Program-made: the position numbers and the translations under genes
Part shown: piece by piece, positions 1 through 9,397 of the stretch
Position numbering within the stretch: the stretch's first letter is position 1
Layout: every line of letters begins with the position of its first letter
Notes under the pieces: generated by a model
Told to the model about the DNA's origin: nothing
Seen by the model: the letters and a program-made list of their open reading frames with translations, nothing else
Databases searched by the model: none
Assembly: GCA_001799565.1 (NCBI GenBank)
Contig: MGTS01000042.1
Coordinates: 157,793-221,792, forward strand
DNA: 64,000 nt
Source: Elusimicrobia bacterium GWA2_51_34
Lineage (GTDB): Bacteria; Elusimicrobiota; Elusimicrobia; Elusimicrobiales; UBA9959
Reading direction: 5' to 3'

Positions 1-192
1 AATTTGCCTGAGAAACATGTACAAAAACTGGAGGGGTGGCGAGGGGTTGCCCTGAAACCGCATAGCGGATGGGGGGCCCCGCTTCGGGGGGAAACCACGG
101 GAGGGGTTCCTACGCGGTGCAAGGGCAAACCCCTCGACAGGCCCCCGACCTAGCGAATATACAGCTCTACGCCCAAAGGCACCAATCCGGCG
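1..192. other. GC-rich, stem-rich segment downstream of ribF, cut by the window edge; possible structured RNA or repeat
   Basis: ggggttgccc (about 43-52) pairs with gggcaaacccc (about 122-132). Internal small hairpins include ccgc-ata-gcgg. Plus frame 1 is open to 153 but encodes G/R/P-rich, non-protein-like sequence. Confidence 0.2.
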
Positions 193-1110
193 TTACCTTA
201 TGGCTAATTTTGTTTTTTTGTGAGTTTCGATAAAAAAATGGCGGGCGTTAACTATATCTGCTTTTATATGCCGGACAAGGGACTCACGGGAATGGAACTT
301 GCGCTCGGGGCGGAGATGCTTTAAGAAAACGACTTCCAGCTTTCTGCCGTATATCATTTTTGAAAAATTCAGGATATGGGCTTCAAGAACCATGCGGCCG
401 CCCAGCGTGTCCACAGTGGGCCGCCTGCCCACGTTAAGCACCGCCTCAAAAGTATCGGCGCCAAGTTTGACGCGCGCCGCGAATATCCCTGGCGGCAGGA
501 TCTTTGCCGGATGCGCTTCTATATTTGCCGTCGGAAACCCCAGTTTACGGCCCAGCCCCGCGCCCCGCACCACACGGCCTGAAACACTGTAATCCCACCC
601 AAGGCAGACATTTGCTTCCTCCACATTGCCGCAGTGCAGAAAGGCCCGTATAAGGCTTGAGGAGATCTTATGTCCGCCGTGGCGCACGAACGACATGGCC
701 CTGAAAAAAATACCGACCCCGGCGCACGCTTTTCTTAAAAAGTCCACATTACCTTCGCGCCCGCGCCCGATGGCAAAGTCGCGCCCCACGCAGAGCCCGG
801 CCGCGCCGTAATAGTCCACAAGAACATCGGAGAAAAAACGTTCAGCCTGCATGGCGGAAAGTTTTGCGGTAAAAGGCAGGGCCTCCGCGCAAACCATGCC
901 AGCCTGCCTTACAAGGCGTTCTCTCTCTTCCGGCAAAGTGATAAGACAGTTTTCAGATTGTTTTAAAAAAAAGAATTTGGGAGGAGAGGGAAAGTAAATA
1001 ACGGCCGGCTTTAAAGCCAGCTTCCGGCTGTCGCGAAGCACGGCGGAGATTATTTTACGGTGTCCCCTGTGCACGCCGTCATAAGTGCCGATGGTGATTA
1101 ATTTCCGCAT
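193..1110 (-). CDS. ribF: Bifunctional riboflavin kinase / FMN adenylyltransferase
   Basis: 305-aa ORF with N-terminal GTYDGVHRGH nucleotidyltransferase motif and C-terminal riboflavin-kinase region (GFPTANI). Adjacent to truB. Confidence 0.9.
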   Translation of the reverse strand: MRKLITIGTYDGVHRGHRKIISAVLRDSRKLALKPAVIYFPSPPKFFFLKQSENCLITLPEERERLVRQAGMVCAEALPFTAKLSAMQAERFFSDVLVDYYGAAGLCVGRDFAIGRGREGNVDFLRKACAGVGIFFRAMSFVRHGGHKISSSLIRAFLHCGNVEEANVCLGWDYSVSGRVVRGAGLGRKLGFPTANIEAHPAKILPPGIFAARVKLGADTFEAVLNVGRRPTVDTLGGRMVLEAHILNFSKMIYGRKLEVVFLKHLRPERKFHSRESLVRHIKADIVNARHFFIETHKKTKLAIR

Positions 1111-1116
1111 GTTTTT

Positions 1117-1148
1117 TCACTGGACACTGTTCACTAACCACTAGCCAC
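1117..1148. repeat. Tandem heptamer tract CACTNNN (single arm) between ribF and truB
   Basis: cactgga cactgtt cactaac cactagc cac. Overlaps the truB stop. Confidence 0.5.
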
Positions 1149-1841
1149 TTTTATAAGCCTTGCCTTAATTTCCTGCGCGCTTAAGGCAATCATTGCCTCT
1201 CTGGTAATTGAATCTGAAACATTAAAGCGCCCTATGGACTCGCGCCTTAAAGCGGCAAGGTGGCCGAAAACTCCGAGCGTGTTGCCAAGTTCGTGCGCGA
1301 TGGAGCGGATGTAGGTGCCGCCGGAACATTCAATTTTAAATTGCAGTTCCGCGCCTTTGAGCTCCCAGGAAAGCCACTTTACCCGCGCCTCACGCTTTAT
1401 TTCCGGCATGACCGCGTTATCACGGGCCATGGCGTAAAGGCGCCGTCCCTGGAAGCGCACGGCTGAAAAAGGCGGAACCTGCTGTGTTATTGTTCCGCTG
1501 AAAGCGGCAATGGCACACTTCACGGCCTCTTCCGTTAAATCAGGCAAGGGAAGCTCGGCCATAACCCTGCCCTCGGCGTCCCAGGTATCGGTTTGTGAAC
1601 CGAATTTTATAACTCCGCAGTAAACCTTTGAAGAACCCTGCAGGGATGCCTGGATTTTGGTTGCGGAACCGACCAGCAGCAGAAGAAGCCCGGTGGCCAT
1701 GGGGTCAAGGGTGCCGCCATGTCCTATTCTTTTAAGGCGCAATTTGTGCCGCAGCAGATCCACAGCGTCGTGGGAAGTAATACCTTTCGGCTTGTCAAAA
1801 AGAAACAGACCTGAGAATAAGGCGGGGGGGATAACTGGCAT
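1134..1841 (-). CDS. truB: tRNA pseudouridine-55 synthase
   Basis: 235-aa ORF with KPKGITSHD and GHGGTLDPMATG motifs. Confidence 0.9.
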   Translation of the reverse strand: MPVIPPALFSGLFLFDKPKGITSHDAVDLLRHKLRLKRIGHGGTLDPMATGLLLLLVGSATKIQASLQGSSKVYCGVIKFGSQTDTWDAEGRVMAELPLPDLTEEAVKCAIAAFSGTITQQVPPFSAVRFQGRRLYAMARDNAVMPEIKREARVKWLSWELKGAELQFKIECSGGTYIRSIAHELGNTLGVFGHLAALRRESIGRFNVSDSITREAMIALSAQEIKARLIKVASG

Positions 1842-1863
1842 GGTTTTTAAATTTCATTATCTC

Positions 1864-1898
1864 TGCAATTTTGCATTTTACACTTTGCATTTTACATT
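1864..1898. repeat. Tandem heptamer tract TTGCATT/TTACAYT
   Basis: tgcaatt ttgcatt ttacact ttgcatt ttacatt, between truB and the DHH gene. Confidence 0.55.
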
Positions 1899-2884
1899 TT
1901 CTTCTGTTTCCCCAGCATTTTTGCCAACAAATCCAGCACCTTTACACGCGCGGCCTCAAATGGTTCCGGCAGCCGGCAGCCGGCCGCGTGCATATGGCCT
2001 CCGCCCCCTAAAGCTTTGGCCACCGCACTCACGTCAAGATTCCCTCTGGAACGAAAGGTTACATTAACTTTATCAGTACCCTCGCGCAGCAGAACCGCCG
2101 CCTTGACTCCCGGCACCATCATACCATGGTTAATAACACTTTCAGCGTGCTGGGGCGAAGCGCCGAAATCTTTAAAATCGGAATTCCTGAGGGCCATCAC
2201 CGCCAGCTTTCCCGCCCCTGTTATTTCAAGGCTTTCAAGCGCTCGGCCGAGTATTTTAAGGGAAAGGCAGCTGCGCGTGGCGTAAAGCAAATCGTTTATT
2301 TTTGAAAAATTAAAGCCGATTTCAAGAAGGCGCGAGGCAATTTCAAGCGTCCGCGGGCTGGTGGCCGGAAAATGGAACCGCCCGGTATCGGTGACAATAC
2401 CTGTATACAGGCAGATAGCCTCGCGTTTGGTGATATTAACTCCCATGTTATAGAAAAGCCGGTAGACAATCTCCGCTGTGGAAGAAGCGGTGGGCTCCAC
2501 AATATTAACGTCGCCGTAAAACTGCGAAGTGCGGTGGTGATCTATATTTACCACGGAAACGCAGCGTTTGAGCAAAGCGCCGATATCTCCGGCGCGTTCC
2601 GGACTTGAACATTCAAGCAGAATGGCGGCGTCAAATTTCGTTTTCGGAATTCGCGCTATTTTTACGCTTTTAAGATGCGGCAGGAAAGCCAGATTTTCAG
2701 GCGCGGGATCCTGCGAAAAAAGGAAGACCTTCTTGCCAAGGCGCTTCAGGACCGAGGCGATGGCGAGCATGCTTCCCAAAGTGTCGCCGTCCGGGTTCAG
2801 GTGGCCGGCCAGAAAAAAGCTTTCCGAACGCTCTATTACGGCCTCAAACGCTTTCAGTTGCTTTTCCAAATCAGGGGTTTTCAT
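1892..2884 (-). CDS. nrnA: DHH/DHHA1 family phosphoesterase (NrnA-like)
   Basis: 330-aa ORF with DHH motif (NIDHH) and DHHA1 GGGH motif. Lies between rbfA and truB. Confidence 0.75.
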   Translation of the reverse strand: MKTPDLEKQLKAFEAVIERSESFFLAGHLNPDGDTLGSMLAIASVLKRLGKKVFLFSQDPAPENLAFLPHLKSVKIARIPKTKFDAAILLECSSPERAGDIGALLKRCVSVVNIDHHRTSQFYGDVNIVEPTASSTAEIVYRLFYNMGVNITKREAICLYTGIVTDTGRFHFPATSPRTLEIASRLLEIGFNFSKINDLLYATRSCLSLKILGRALESLEITGAGKLAVMALRNSDFKDFGASPQHAESVINHGMMVPGVKAAVLLREGTDKVNVTFRSRGNLDVSAVAKALGGGGHMHAAGCRLPEPFEAARVKVLDLLAKMLGKQKKM

Positions 2885-3245
2885 GCGCGTCAGTGTCTTT
2901 TTTTTCGGACTTTATTTTAGAGAACAGGTCTTCAATGTGGGCCGCGTACTCCGGGGTGCTGTCAAACTTAAAAACCAGGTTGGGAATGACGCGAAGCCGC
3001 AGCCTTTTTTTGAGCGTCTGGCGTATGTCCCAGATGGCGGCCTTTAAAATACGCTCGCAGCGCTCCTTCTGCTGCGCCGTGCCGATTACTGAATAATACA
3101 CCGAAAGGTCTTTCGCGTCGTTAGTCAGGTCAACGCCGGTTATGGTAAGTATGCCTGCCGTAGAATTAAGGCCGTTTACGCCGCGCAAAGCCGCCGTTAC
3201 CTCGCGCAGAAAAAGCTCTTTAAGACGGTCTTCGCGTTTGAACAT
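2871..3245 (-). CDS. rbfA: Ribosome-binding factor A
   Basis: The ORF track starts at a TTG (3266). The ATG at 3245 gives MFKREDRLKELFLREV..., typical RbfA size and position downstream of infB. Start is uncertain. Confidence 0.8.
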   Translation of the reverse strand: MFKREDRLKELFLREVTAALRGVNGLNSTAGILTITGVDLTNDAKDLSVYYSVIGTAQQKERCERILKAAIWDIRQTLKKRLRLRVIPNLVFKFDSTPEYAAHIEDLFSKIKSEKKDTDAHENP

Positions 3246-3271
3246 AATAATCTTAGTACCGCTCAAGTAGA

Positions 3272-3356
3272 CAGAATCCAGGAGTCAGAATTCAGAATAG
3301 TTTAACTTTTTCCGCCACGGACATCCCGATTCTGGCTCCTGAATTCTGACTACCTG
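3272..3356. repeat. Heptamer-arm hairpin, CAGAATY/CAGGAGY dialect
   Basis: Left arm cagaatccaggagtcagaattcagaata and right arm gattctggctcctgaattctgactacctg. Lies between rbfA and infB. Confidence 0.7.
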
Positions 3357-3358
3357 TT

Positions 3359-5632
3359 TCAACTATTTGTTATTCTTCTTATAACCTCTTCTTTTGAAAT
3401 AGCCTCAACGATGTCGCCGGCCTTAAAGTCTTTTATCCCTTCAAGAAGGATGCCGCATTCAAGACCTTTATCCACCTCGCGCACGTCTTCCTTGAAGCGC
3501 TTGAGCCCGGAAATTTTACCGGCGCCTACTACATCTTTGCCGCGCATCAGACGCACGCTCTGGTTGCGCGTAAGTTTGCCTTCGCGCACCAGGGAGCCCG
3601 CCACCTTGCCAGAGCTGAGTTCAAATATCTGCTGGATCTCGGCGCGGCCCGTTACAGTTTCAACTATTTCCGGCGCGAGCATGCCGCTCATGGCCGCTTT
3701 AACATCCTCTATAAGGTCGTAGATTATCTTATACGTCCTTATTTCCACCCCGGCGGCTTTCGCCTCTTCCTTAACTACCGCGTCGGCTTCCACATGGAAA
3801 CCGAATATAACCGCGTCGGAAGCCTTGGCAAGAAGCACATCTGACTCCCTGATATTTCCCATGTTGGAATGCAGCAGGTGTATGGCCACTTCACCAGTGC
3901 TCAGTTTTTCAAGCGAGTCCTTTATTGCCTGCATTGAGCCGAACACGTCCGTTTTCAGGATGACATTCAGCATTTTAAGAGTTTTGTTTTCCACCTGCGA
4001 TTTAAGCGATAGCAGACTTACATGTTTCTGATGTATAAGCGCGTCTTCACGGCGGTTCAGTTTGCGCTTTTCCGCCATATGGCGCGCTTCTTTCTCGGAT
4101 TCCATCACCCTTAACACATCGCCCGCGTGCGGAACTCCGCCGCTTATTCCCAAAAGCTCCGCCGGCATGCTGGGACACAGGGCGTCAAGGCGCTCGCCCT
4201 TGTCGTTTAAGAGGGCGCGTACCTTGCCGTACATCGTTCCAACCACAAAAGCGTCGCCCACCTTTATGGTGCCGCTTATGTTGATTATAGTGGCAAGAAT
4301 GCCTTTTTGCGGGTGCAGCTCGGACTCTATAACTACGCCGTGACCGGGTTTGTCCGGGTTGGCTTTCAGTTCCATAAGCTCGGCCTGTATGGAGATCATT
4401 TCAAGCAATTTATCCAGGTTAGTATGCTTCTTAGCCGAAATTTCAACCATAACGGATTTCCCGCCCCACTCCTCGGGATTAAGCCCGTGGTTTGCCAGCT
4501 GCTGCTTGATCTGCTGGGGATTGGCGTTCGGCAGGTCCATCTTGTTTATGGCCACAATTATCGGCACATTGCCGGCCTTGGCGTGGTTAATGGCTTCAAG
4601 CGTCTGCGGCTGCACGCCGTCAACGGCTGAAACCACCAGCACAACTATGTCGGTAATCTTCGCGCCGTGGGCGCGCATAGCCGTGAATGCCTCGTGACCC
4701 GGGGTATCAAGCACGGTTATAAGGCCCCTTGAGGTTTTCACCGTGTAGGCGCCAATATGCTGGGTTATCTGGCCTGACTCGCTCTCTACCACATTAGAAT
4801 GGCGAAAGGCGTCCAAAAGCGTGGTCTTGCCGTGGTCCACATGGCCCATTATAGTGATTATCGGAGCCCTGGGTTTAAGATCTTCAGGCTTTTCTTTTTC
4901 TTCCAGTTCCACCACCTGCTCCTCGCCGAACATCGGAACAACTTCCAGATCATAGCCGTAATCGGCGGCTATAAGCTCGGCGGCGTCGGGGTCAAGCCGC
5001 TGATTTATGGTGGCAAATACACCCATGCCCATGAGTTTTTTTATCAGGTCGGTAGTTTTCACATTCAGCTTTTCCGCTAGTTCGCGCACTATAAGCTGAG
5101 TGGACACTTTCAATTTAGGAAGCGGCGGCTTTTCAACAGGGGGCGCGGGGACGGCAATAACCGGCTCTTTTACCGCGGGAACTACGGGCTTCTTAACCGG
5201 AGCCGGAGCTACGTGGGATACGGCTACAGCGGGCTTTTGCGAAGGCGGCACGACAGGCGAAACAGGCGGCTTGACGGCGGAGGGAGACTGGACAGGCGCG
5301 TCAGGCTTACGCGCCGCCTGGCGCGGAGAAACCAAAACTTTCGGCGGTTCTGCCGGTTTTACTGTTTTTCCCGCCGTAGCCGCGGTTTTCGGCTTTAGTG
5401 ACTTAGCGGGGCGGACTTTCTTTTCTTTGGCGGTGATTTCAGCCGCGCCTCCGGCCTGGACGGTCAAAGTTTTTTTAACGCGCGGAGCCGGCTTTTTTGC
5501 GGAAAGCTTTTTTTCGACCGCCTTTACGACTGCGGGTTTCTCAGCCTTTTTAGACGCGTCAGCCGCGGGCGCGGATTGCGCTTTTTTATCCTTACTCAAA
5601 TTTTCTTCATTTTTTGTTTTCTTCGGGCTCAT
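3359..5632 (-). CDS. infB: Translation initiation factor IF-2
   Basis: 757 aa with G domain motifs [17 protein letters not shown] and NKMD. N-terminal region is low-complexity and rich in P/A/K. Confidence 0.95.
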   Translation of the reverse strand: MSPKKTKNEENLSKDKKAQSAPAADASKKAEKPAVVKAVEKKLSAKKPAPRVKKTLTVQAGGAAEITAKEKKVRPAKSLKPKTAATAGKTVKPAEPPKVLVSPRQAARKPDAPVQSPSAVKPPVSPVVPPSQKPAVAVSHVAPAPVKKPVVPAVKEPVIAVPAPPVEKPPLPKLKVSTQLIVRELAEKLNVKTTDLIKKLMGMGVFATINQRLDPDAAELIAADYGYDLEVVPMFGEEQVVELEEKEKPEDLKPRAPIITIMGHVDHGKTTLLDAFRHSNVVESESGQITQHIGAYTVKTSRGLITVLDTPGHEAFTAMRAHGAKITDIVVLVVSAVDGVQPQTLEAINHAKAGNVPIIVAINKMDLPNANPQQIKQQLANHGLNPEEWGGKSVMVEISAKKHTNLDKLLEMISIQAELMELKANPDKPGHGVVIESELHPQKGILATIINISGTIKVGDAFVVGTMYGKVRALLNDKGERLDALCPSMPAELLGISGGVPHAGDVLRVMESEKEARHMAEKRKLNRREDALIHQKHVSLLSLKSQVENKTLKMLNVILKTDVFGSMQAIKDSLEKLSTGEVAIHLLHSNMGNIRESDVLLAKASDAVIFGFHVEADAVVKEEAKAAGVEIRTYKIIYDLIEDVKAAMSGMLAPEIVETVTGRAEIQQIFELSSGKVAGSLVREGKLTRNQSVRLMRGKDVVGAGKISGLKRFKEDVREVDKGLECGILLEGIKDFKAGDIVEAISKEEVIRRITNS

Positions 5633-7019
5633 TTTGCACCTCTTTTTTCTCTAAATCCCCTTCAGGCGGTTTTTGCTCCGCTTCAGAAGCATCCTCGTCA
5701 ACAGCGGCGGAAGCCGCTTTCGCCTGCGGGTTACCGTAATCAGGGTGTTCCTTAATAAATTTCTGCGCCCCGCTTATTATTTTCTGGGCTGTTTTTTCCC
5801 CTATTCCTTCAAACGAGGTCAGATCTGCAACGCTCAGCGCGGAAAGTTTACGTATATCATTCATGCCCACTTTCACCAGCGTATCAGCCGCTTTTGGACC
5901 TATGCCCTCAATTTGCAGAAGATCCTGCGTGGAAGCCTCGGTATTTTTCCGTACCTCCTCCAACTTCTGACCCTCGGATTTAACTTCCAGCTGCCAACCG
6001 GTCAAACGCGACACCAGGCGGATATTCTGGCCCTCGCGGCCTATGGCTATTGCAAGCTGATCGTCCGGCACTATAACCATGGCTTTCTTGCTTTCTTTAT
6101 CCAGCACCCGCACAGAACTCACAGTAGCGGGCGCAAAGGCTTTGGCAAGCAGCGCCATCGTATCTTCAATATAGGGAATAAGGTCAATTTTTTCATTACT
6201 GAGTTCGCTCATTATCACGCGGATGCGCGAACCCCTTATGCCCACACAGGCCCCCACCGGGTCAACTTTAGTGGAATTGCTTTTTACAAGCACTTTGGCC
6301 CTGAAACCGGGATCGCGCACAATATCCACTATCTCAACCACCTTCTCAGCTATTTCGGGAATTTCCGCCTCAAAAAGGCCTTTCATGAAGGCGGTGGAAG
6401 CGCGGGAAAGAACTATCTGAAGCCCCTTATTCTCTTTGTCAACGCGGTGAATTATCGCGCGCACGCGCTGGTTCATGGTGTAATGTTCCCGGCGTATCTG
6501 CTCGCCGTAAGGCAGAATGGCCTCGGTCTTTCCCATGTCCACAAAAATATCGCGCCCGGCCAGGTGGTGCACCAGCCCGGTAACTATTTCACCTTCGCGC
6601 GGTTTGAATTCTTCGTAAACTTTGACTTTTTCAATTTCTCTTATCTTCTGAACAAGCACCTGCTTAGCGGTCTGCGCGGCTATGCGGGAAAAATCCTGTA
6701 TACCGACCTCCATGCTCAGGTCGTCGTCAAGTTTGGCTTTAGGGTTCTTCTTACGGGCCTCTTCAAGAGTGATCTCAAGTTCATCCGTAAACACCTGCTT
6801 AACCACTTTTTTAACCAAAAAACCTTTCATTTCGGCCGTTTCCGGGTCTATGGTGGCGGTTATCTGGGCGGTCTTGCCGAAGTACTTGCGAAGAGCCGAA
6901 ACCAGCGCGTCAGTTATTGTTTTAAAAACATCCTCGCGCAGGATACCTTTTTCCCTCTCAAGCTGTTCCAAAACCACCATCAGCTCGCTTTTGCCCTTAA
7001 ATACTTTTTCCGTGGTCAT
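5607..7019 (-). CDS. nusA: Transcription termination/antitermination factor NusA
   Basis: NusA-like S1/KH region with C-terminal HhH repeats. The track ORF extends to 7145 and overlaps rimP. The ATG at 7019 (MTTEKVFKGK...) follows the rimP stop and a weak RBS. Confidence 0.9.
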   Translation of the reverse strand: MTTEKVFKGKSELMVVLEQLEREKGILREDVFKTITDALVSALRKYFGKTAQITATIDPETAEMKGFLVKKVVKQVFTDELEITLEEARKKNPKAKLDDDLSMEVGIQDFSRIAAQTAKQVLVQKIREIEKVKVYEEFKPREGEIVTGLVHHLAGRDIFVDMGKTEAILPYGEQIRREHYTMNQRVRAIIHRVDKENKGLQIVLSRASTAFMKGLFEAEIPEIAEKVVEIVDIVRDPGFRAKVLVKSNSTKVDPVGACVGIRGSRIRVIMSELSNEKIDLIPYIEDTMALLAKAFAPATVSSVRVLDKESKKAMVIVPDDQLAIAIGREGQNIRLVSRLTGWQLEVKSEGQKLEEVRKNTEASTQDLLQIEGIGPKAADTLVKVGMNDIRKLSALSVADLTSFEGIGEKTAQKIISGAQKFIKEHPDYGNPQAKAASAAVDEDASEAEQKPPEGDLEKKEVQNEPEENKK

Positions 7020-7038
7020 TATATTATTACCCCTGTTT

Positions 7039-7566
7039 TTATTTATCCTTAAAAATATCGCCGTCGTCCGGGTTAAGCCTGACTTCCTTAATATCCTCAA
7101 GGTTGAATTTAAGATCATCGGACAGCAGAACCTGCCCGTTTTCAAAGCCGATAAGCGTGCCGTAATAAACCCGGGCTTTATTCAAAGGCTTTTTGAGTTC
7201 AACTTTTACCTTGCTGCCTGAAAATTTTTTAAAATCCTTCTCGCGCCTGAGCACGCGGTCAATGCCGGGGGAGGAAACTTCAATAATGTAACCTCCCTCA
7301 ATAATATTGTTCATATCCAGATACGCGCCTATTTTTTCCGTCAGAAGTCCGCAATCGTCAAGTGTAACCCCACGGCCCGCTTTTCCGCCTGAGACGGGCC
7401 CTTCCGGTCCCGAATCCGGCGATACGGCCAAGCCTTCTGTAACCCGGTCAACAAAAAACTGAAGCAGGGGCTTACCGTTATGACGGGATTCTTTGAAATC
7501 TGTTATCTCAAAACCGCTGTCAGCCAGCGTACCGGCAACAGCGGTCTCAAGCTCTTCCTTATCCAT
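7039..7566 (-). CDS. rimP: Ribosome maturation factor RimP
   Basis: 175-aa ORF immediately upstream of nusA. Contains the RimP-like SSPGIDR motif. Confidence 0.85.
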   Translation of the reverse strand: MDKEELETAVAGTLADSGFEITDFKESRHNGKPLLQFFVDRVTEGLAVSPDSGPEGPVSGGKAGRGVTLDDCGLLTEKIGAYLDMNNIIEGGYIIEVSSPGIDRVLRREKDFKKFSGSKVKVELKKPLNKARVYYGTLIGFENGQVLLSDDLKFNLEDIKEVRLNPDDGDIFKDK

Positions 7567-7634
7567 AAATATTCCCAGGTTACCCTGAAAAATGCAGTCG
7601 CATTATTGAACTGCAGGATTCGGGTTGCCGGCAG

Positions 7635-7661
7635 AAAAAAAAGCGGCTGAACTTCAGCCAC
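7635..7661 (-). terminator. Leader hairpin plus U-run upstream of rimP (candidate attenuator)
   Basis: On the minus strand, stem ggctgaa/ttcagcc (7643-7661) is followed by 8 T (7635-7642). It lies about 70 nt upstream of the rimP ATG. Confidence 0.35.
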
Positions 7662-7671
7662 CTTCATTGTT

Positions 7672-7700
7672 ATATTAGCAATTTACGCAAAAAAAAACAA
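7672..7700 (-). promoter_or_regulatory. Candidate sigma70-type promoter of rimP-nusA-infB
   Basis: Minus strand reads TTGTTT - 17 nt - TAATAT. The -35 is weak. Confidence 0.25.
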
Positions 7701-7824
7701 CACGCGGATTGATTATAACTCCCGGCACGCAAAGCAGTACGGTTTGGACGCCATTCGCAATAGCGTCCCCTGCGGTGATCTGTTGCGGTAAGGCAGACTA
7801 AAAGCGGCAAATATAAAATCTAAA

Positions 7825-7863
7825 ACAGCGGGCGCGGGTAAAATCCGTGCCCGCTGTTTTTTA
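7825..7863 (-). terminator. Rho-independent terminator (bidirectional shape) after the DUF1116 gene
   Basis: 12-13 bp GC-rich stem acagcgggcgcgg/ccgtgcccgctgt with loop gtaaaat, flanked by T-runs on both strands. Confidence 0.7.
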
Positions 7864-7878
7864 TACTAATTATTCCTT

Positions 7879-9276
7879 TCACCGCAGTTCTCCCGCAAAA
7901 AACTCAAAAGCTTTAACAAAAGGCTCCGACGGCGCGCTTAATACGCCCGCGCCCACCTGCCCTATTCCGGCTTTTTTATGGGCTACGCCGGTATCAATAA
8001 ACGGCAAAATACCCGTGCGCGCCACTTTGACAACATCAATACCCGTGGGCGTGCCGCGGAAATCCAGGTACGGGATCCTGTAAACATTATTTTCGCCGGC
8101 AGTTATTCCATACATAGCCAGAGTGTAACTCACGGCATCGGCCGCTTTTCCACCCACAAACTGCACAATAGCCGGCGCCGCCGCTATGGCAAAACCGCCC
8201 AGGCCGTTAGTTTCGGTAATGGCCGAATCTCCTATGTCGGGGTTTGCGTCAGCTTTTGTGAAACCGGGGAAATAGAGCGCGTCCGGAACGGGCGCGGGAC
8301 CTGTGAACCAGCGCCCGCCCCCGCCTGAAAGCTGAACGCCGAAATCCGTGCCGTTTCTTGCCATCACTACTACCAGGCTTGAGTTTTTCACTCCGCGCCC
8401 CGCGTCAAGCGAGGCCTTGCTAAGTGCCATGGAAAGGTTCAGGAAGAAATGGTCATTGCCGTTTATGAATTCAAGGGCTTTTGCCGCCACGTCAGGGGGG
8501 GAGGTTTTTATAACGGCCGGAGCTATGGCGCGATAGAACAGCGAAGTGGCCGCGCGGTTGCGGTTATGCACCTCGTCACCCATATGCAGGGCCTGGGCCG
8601 CTATAGTTTTCAGGTCAATGCCGCCCGATAGCGCGATCGCCGCCTTAAGAGCGGGGTAAAGCCCGGTCTCCATCCATTTAAGTCGCTCTATAACCTCCGG
8701 CGAATAAGCGCCGTAACGCAGTACCTTGCCCAGCCCCTCATTCATGGTGGCATAAGCGTAATTGCCGCCCGCTTTATTTTTCACGATAAAAACCGGCATG
8801 GAGGCCGAAATAATACCGGCCATGGGCCCCACGGCGCAATGTTCGTGGCAGGGCGCGTATTTTATTTTACCTGAAGCCGCCAGTTTTTCGGCTTCAGCGT
8901 GGGTTTTGGCCATGCCCTCATACATCAGGGCCGCAGCTATAGCGCCGCGCATAGGCCCGCACATACGCTTCCAGGTTATGGGAGGGCCGGCATGCAGGAT
9001 AAGATTTTTTTTCATGCCCGGGATCACTTTTGAAGCGATATCCATTTCTACCAGCACCGGCTGCGCAGCAAATATTTTTTCCAGCGCGGCCCGGTTGGCT
9101 TTAGCCACGGAGGAGGCGTGTTTTTCAACTTTTTCAAAAAGTTTCCTGTCACTGACCAGCGGCGGCTTAAACTGAACCTGCACGCTTTTAACACCCGCGT
9201 CCGAAAGCCCTTTCCGGAAAGATTCCAGGCCGAAGTTTACAATTTTCAATTCCTCGTTAAATAAAGTTGATTTCAT
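7879..9276 (-). CDS. DUF1116 protein (E. coli YlbE-like)
   Basis: The long ORF resembles the YlbE/DUF1116 family by my recollection and context (next to fdrA-like and DUF2877 genes). The track start at 9306 lies inside a repeat arm. The ATG at 9276 has a GGAGA RBS. Confidence 0.7.
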   Translation of the reverse strand: MKSTLFNEELKIVNFGLESFRKGLSDAGVKSVQVQFKPPLVSDRKLFEKVEKHASSVAKANRAALEKIFAAQPVLVEMDIASKVIPGMKKNLILHAGPPITWKRMCGPMRGAIAAALMYEGMAKTHAEAEKLAASGKIKYAPCHEHCAVGPMAGIISASMPVFIVKNKAGGNYAYATMNEGLGKVLRYGAYSPEVIERLKWMETGLYPALKAAIALSGGIDLKTIAAQALHMGDEVHNRNRAATSLFYRAIAPAVIKTSPPDVAAKALEFINGNDHFFLNLSMALSKASLDAGRGVKNSSLVVVMARNGTDFGVQLSGGGGRWFTGPAPVPDALYFPGFTKADANPDIGDSAITETNGLGGFAIAAAPAIVQFVGGKAADAVSYTLAMYGITAGENNVYRIPYLDFRGTPTGIDVVKVARTGILPFIDTGVAHKKAGIGQVGAGVLSAPSEPFVKAFEFFAGELR

Positions 9277-9291
9277 GTTATCTCCATATTT

Positions 9292-9397
9292 AAGGTCACA
9301 TGCCACAAGTCAGCTTAGTCTCAAGTTTCAAGTTACAAGTTCAAGCGAACTCACATTCTGGACTTGTGACCTGTGACCTGTGACTTGTGACTTGTAA
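9292..9397. repeat. Heptamer-arm hairpin, GTCACAR dialect, AACTCACATTCT loop
   Basis: Left arm is made of ..cacaagt/caagttt units and the right arm is gacttgtgacctgtgacctgtgacttgtgacttgtaa. The loop motif is shared with 26564.. and 29688... Confidence 0.8.

Noticed and set aside
70-135. Local resemblance to the P10-P12 region of bacterial RNase P RNA (ggggggaaacc...gtgcaa..gcaaacc)
   Set aside because: The universally conserved GGAAAGTCCGG and GGTAAGGGTGAAAGGGTG-type blocks are absent on either side. The similarity is too short to support an rnpB call.
5100-5654. 184-aa G/T/A-rich plus-strand ORF
   Set aside because: It is antisense to the P/A/K-rich N-terminal region of infB. It is a mirror of low-complexity coding sequence.
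5673-7052. 459-aa plus-strand ORF
   Set aside because: It is fully antisense to nusA, which has clear homology features. The translation is F/Y/H/L-rich and low-complexity, with no RBS. It is an artefact of the codon bias of the opposite strand.
7700-7825. tRNA (metY-like) or sRNA upstream of rimP, as in the E. coli metY-rimP-nusA operon
   Set aside because: I found no cloverleaf features (no GTTCRANNC T-loop and no acceptor-stem complementarity). Only a short stem ggacgc/gcgtcc is present, which is insufficient evidence.
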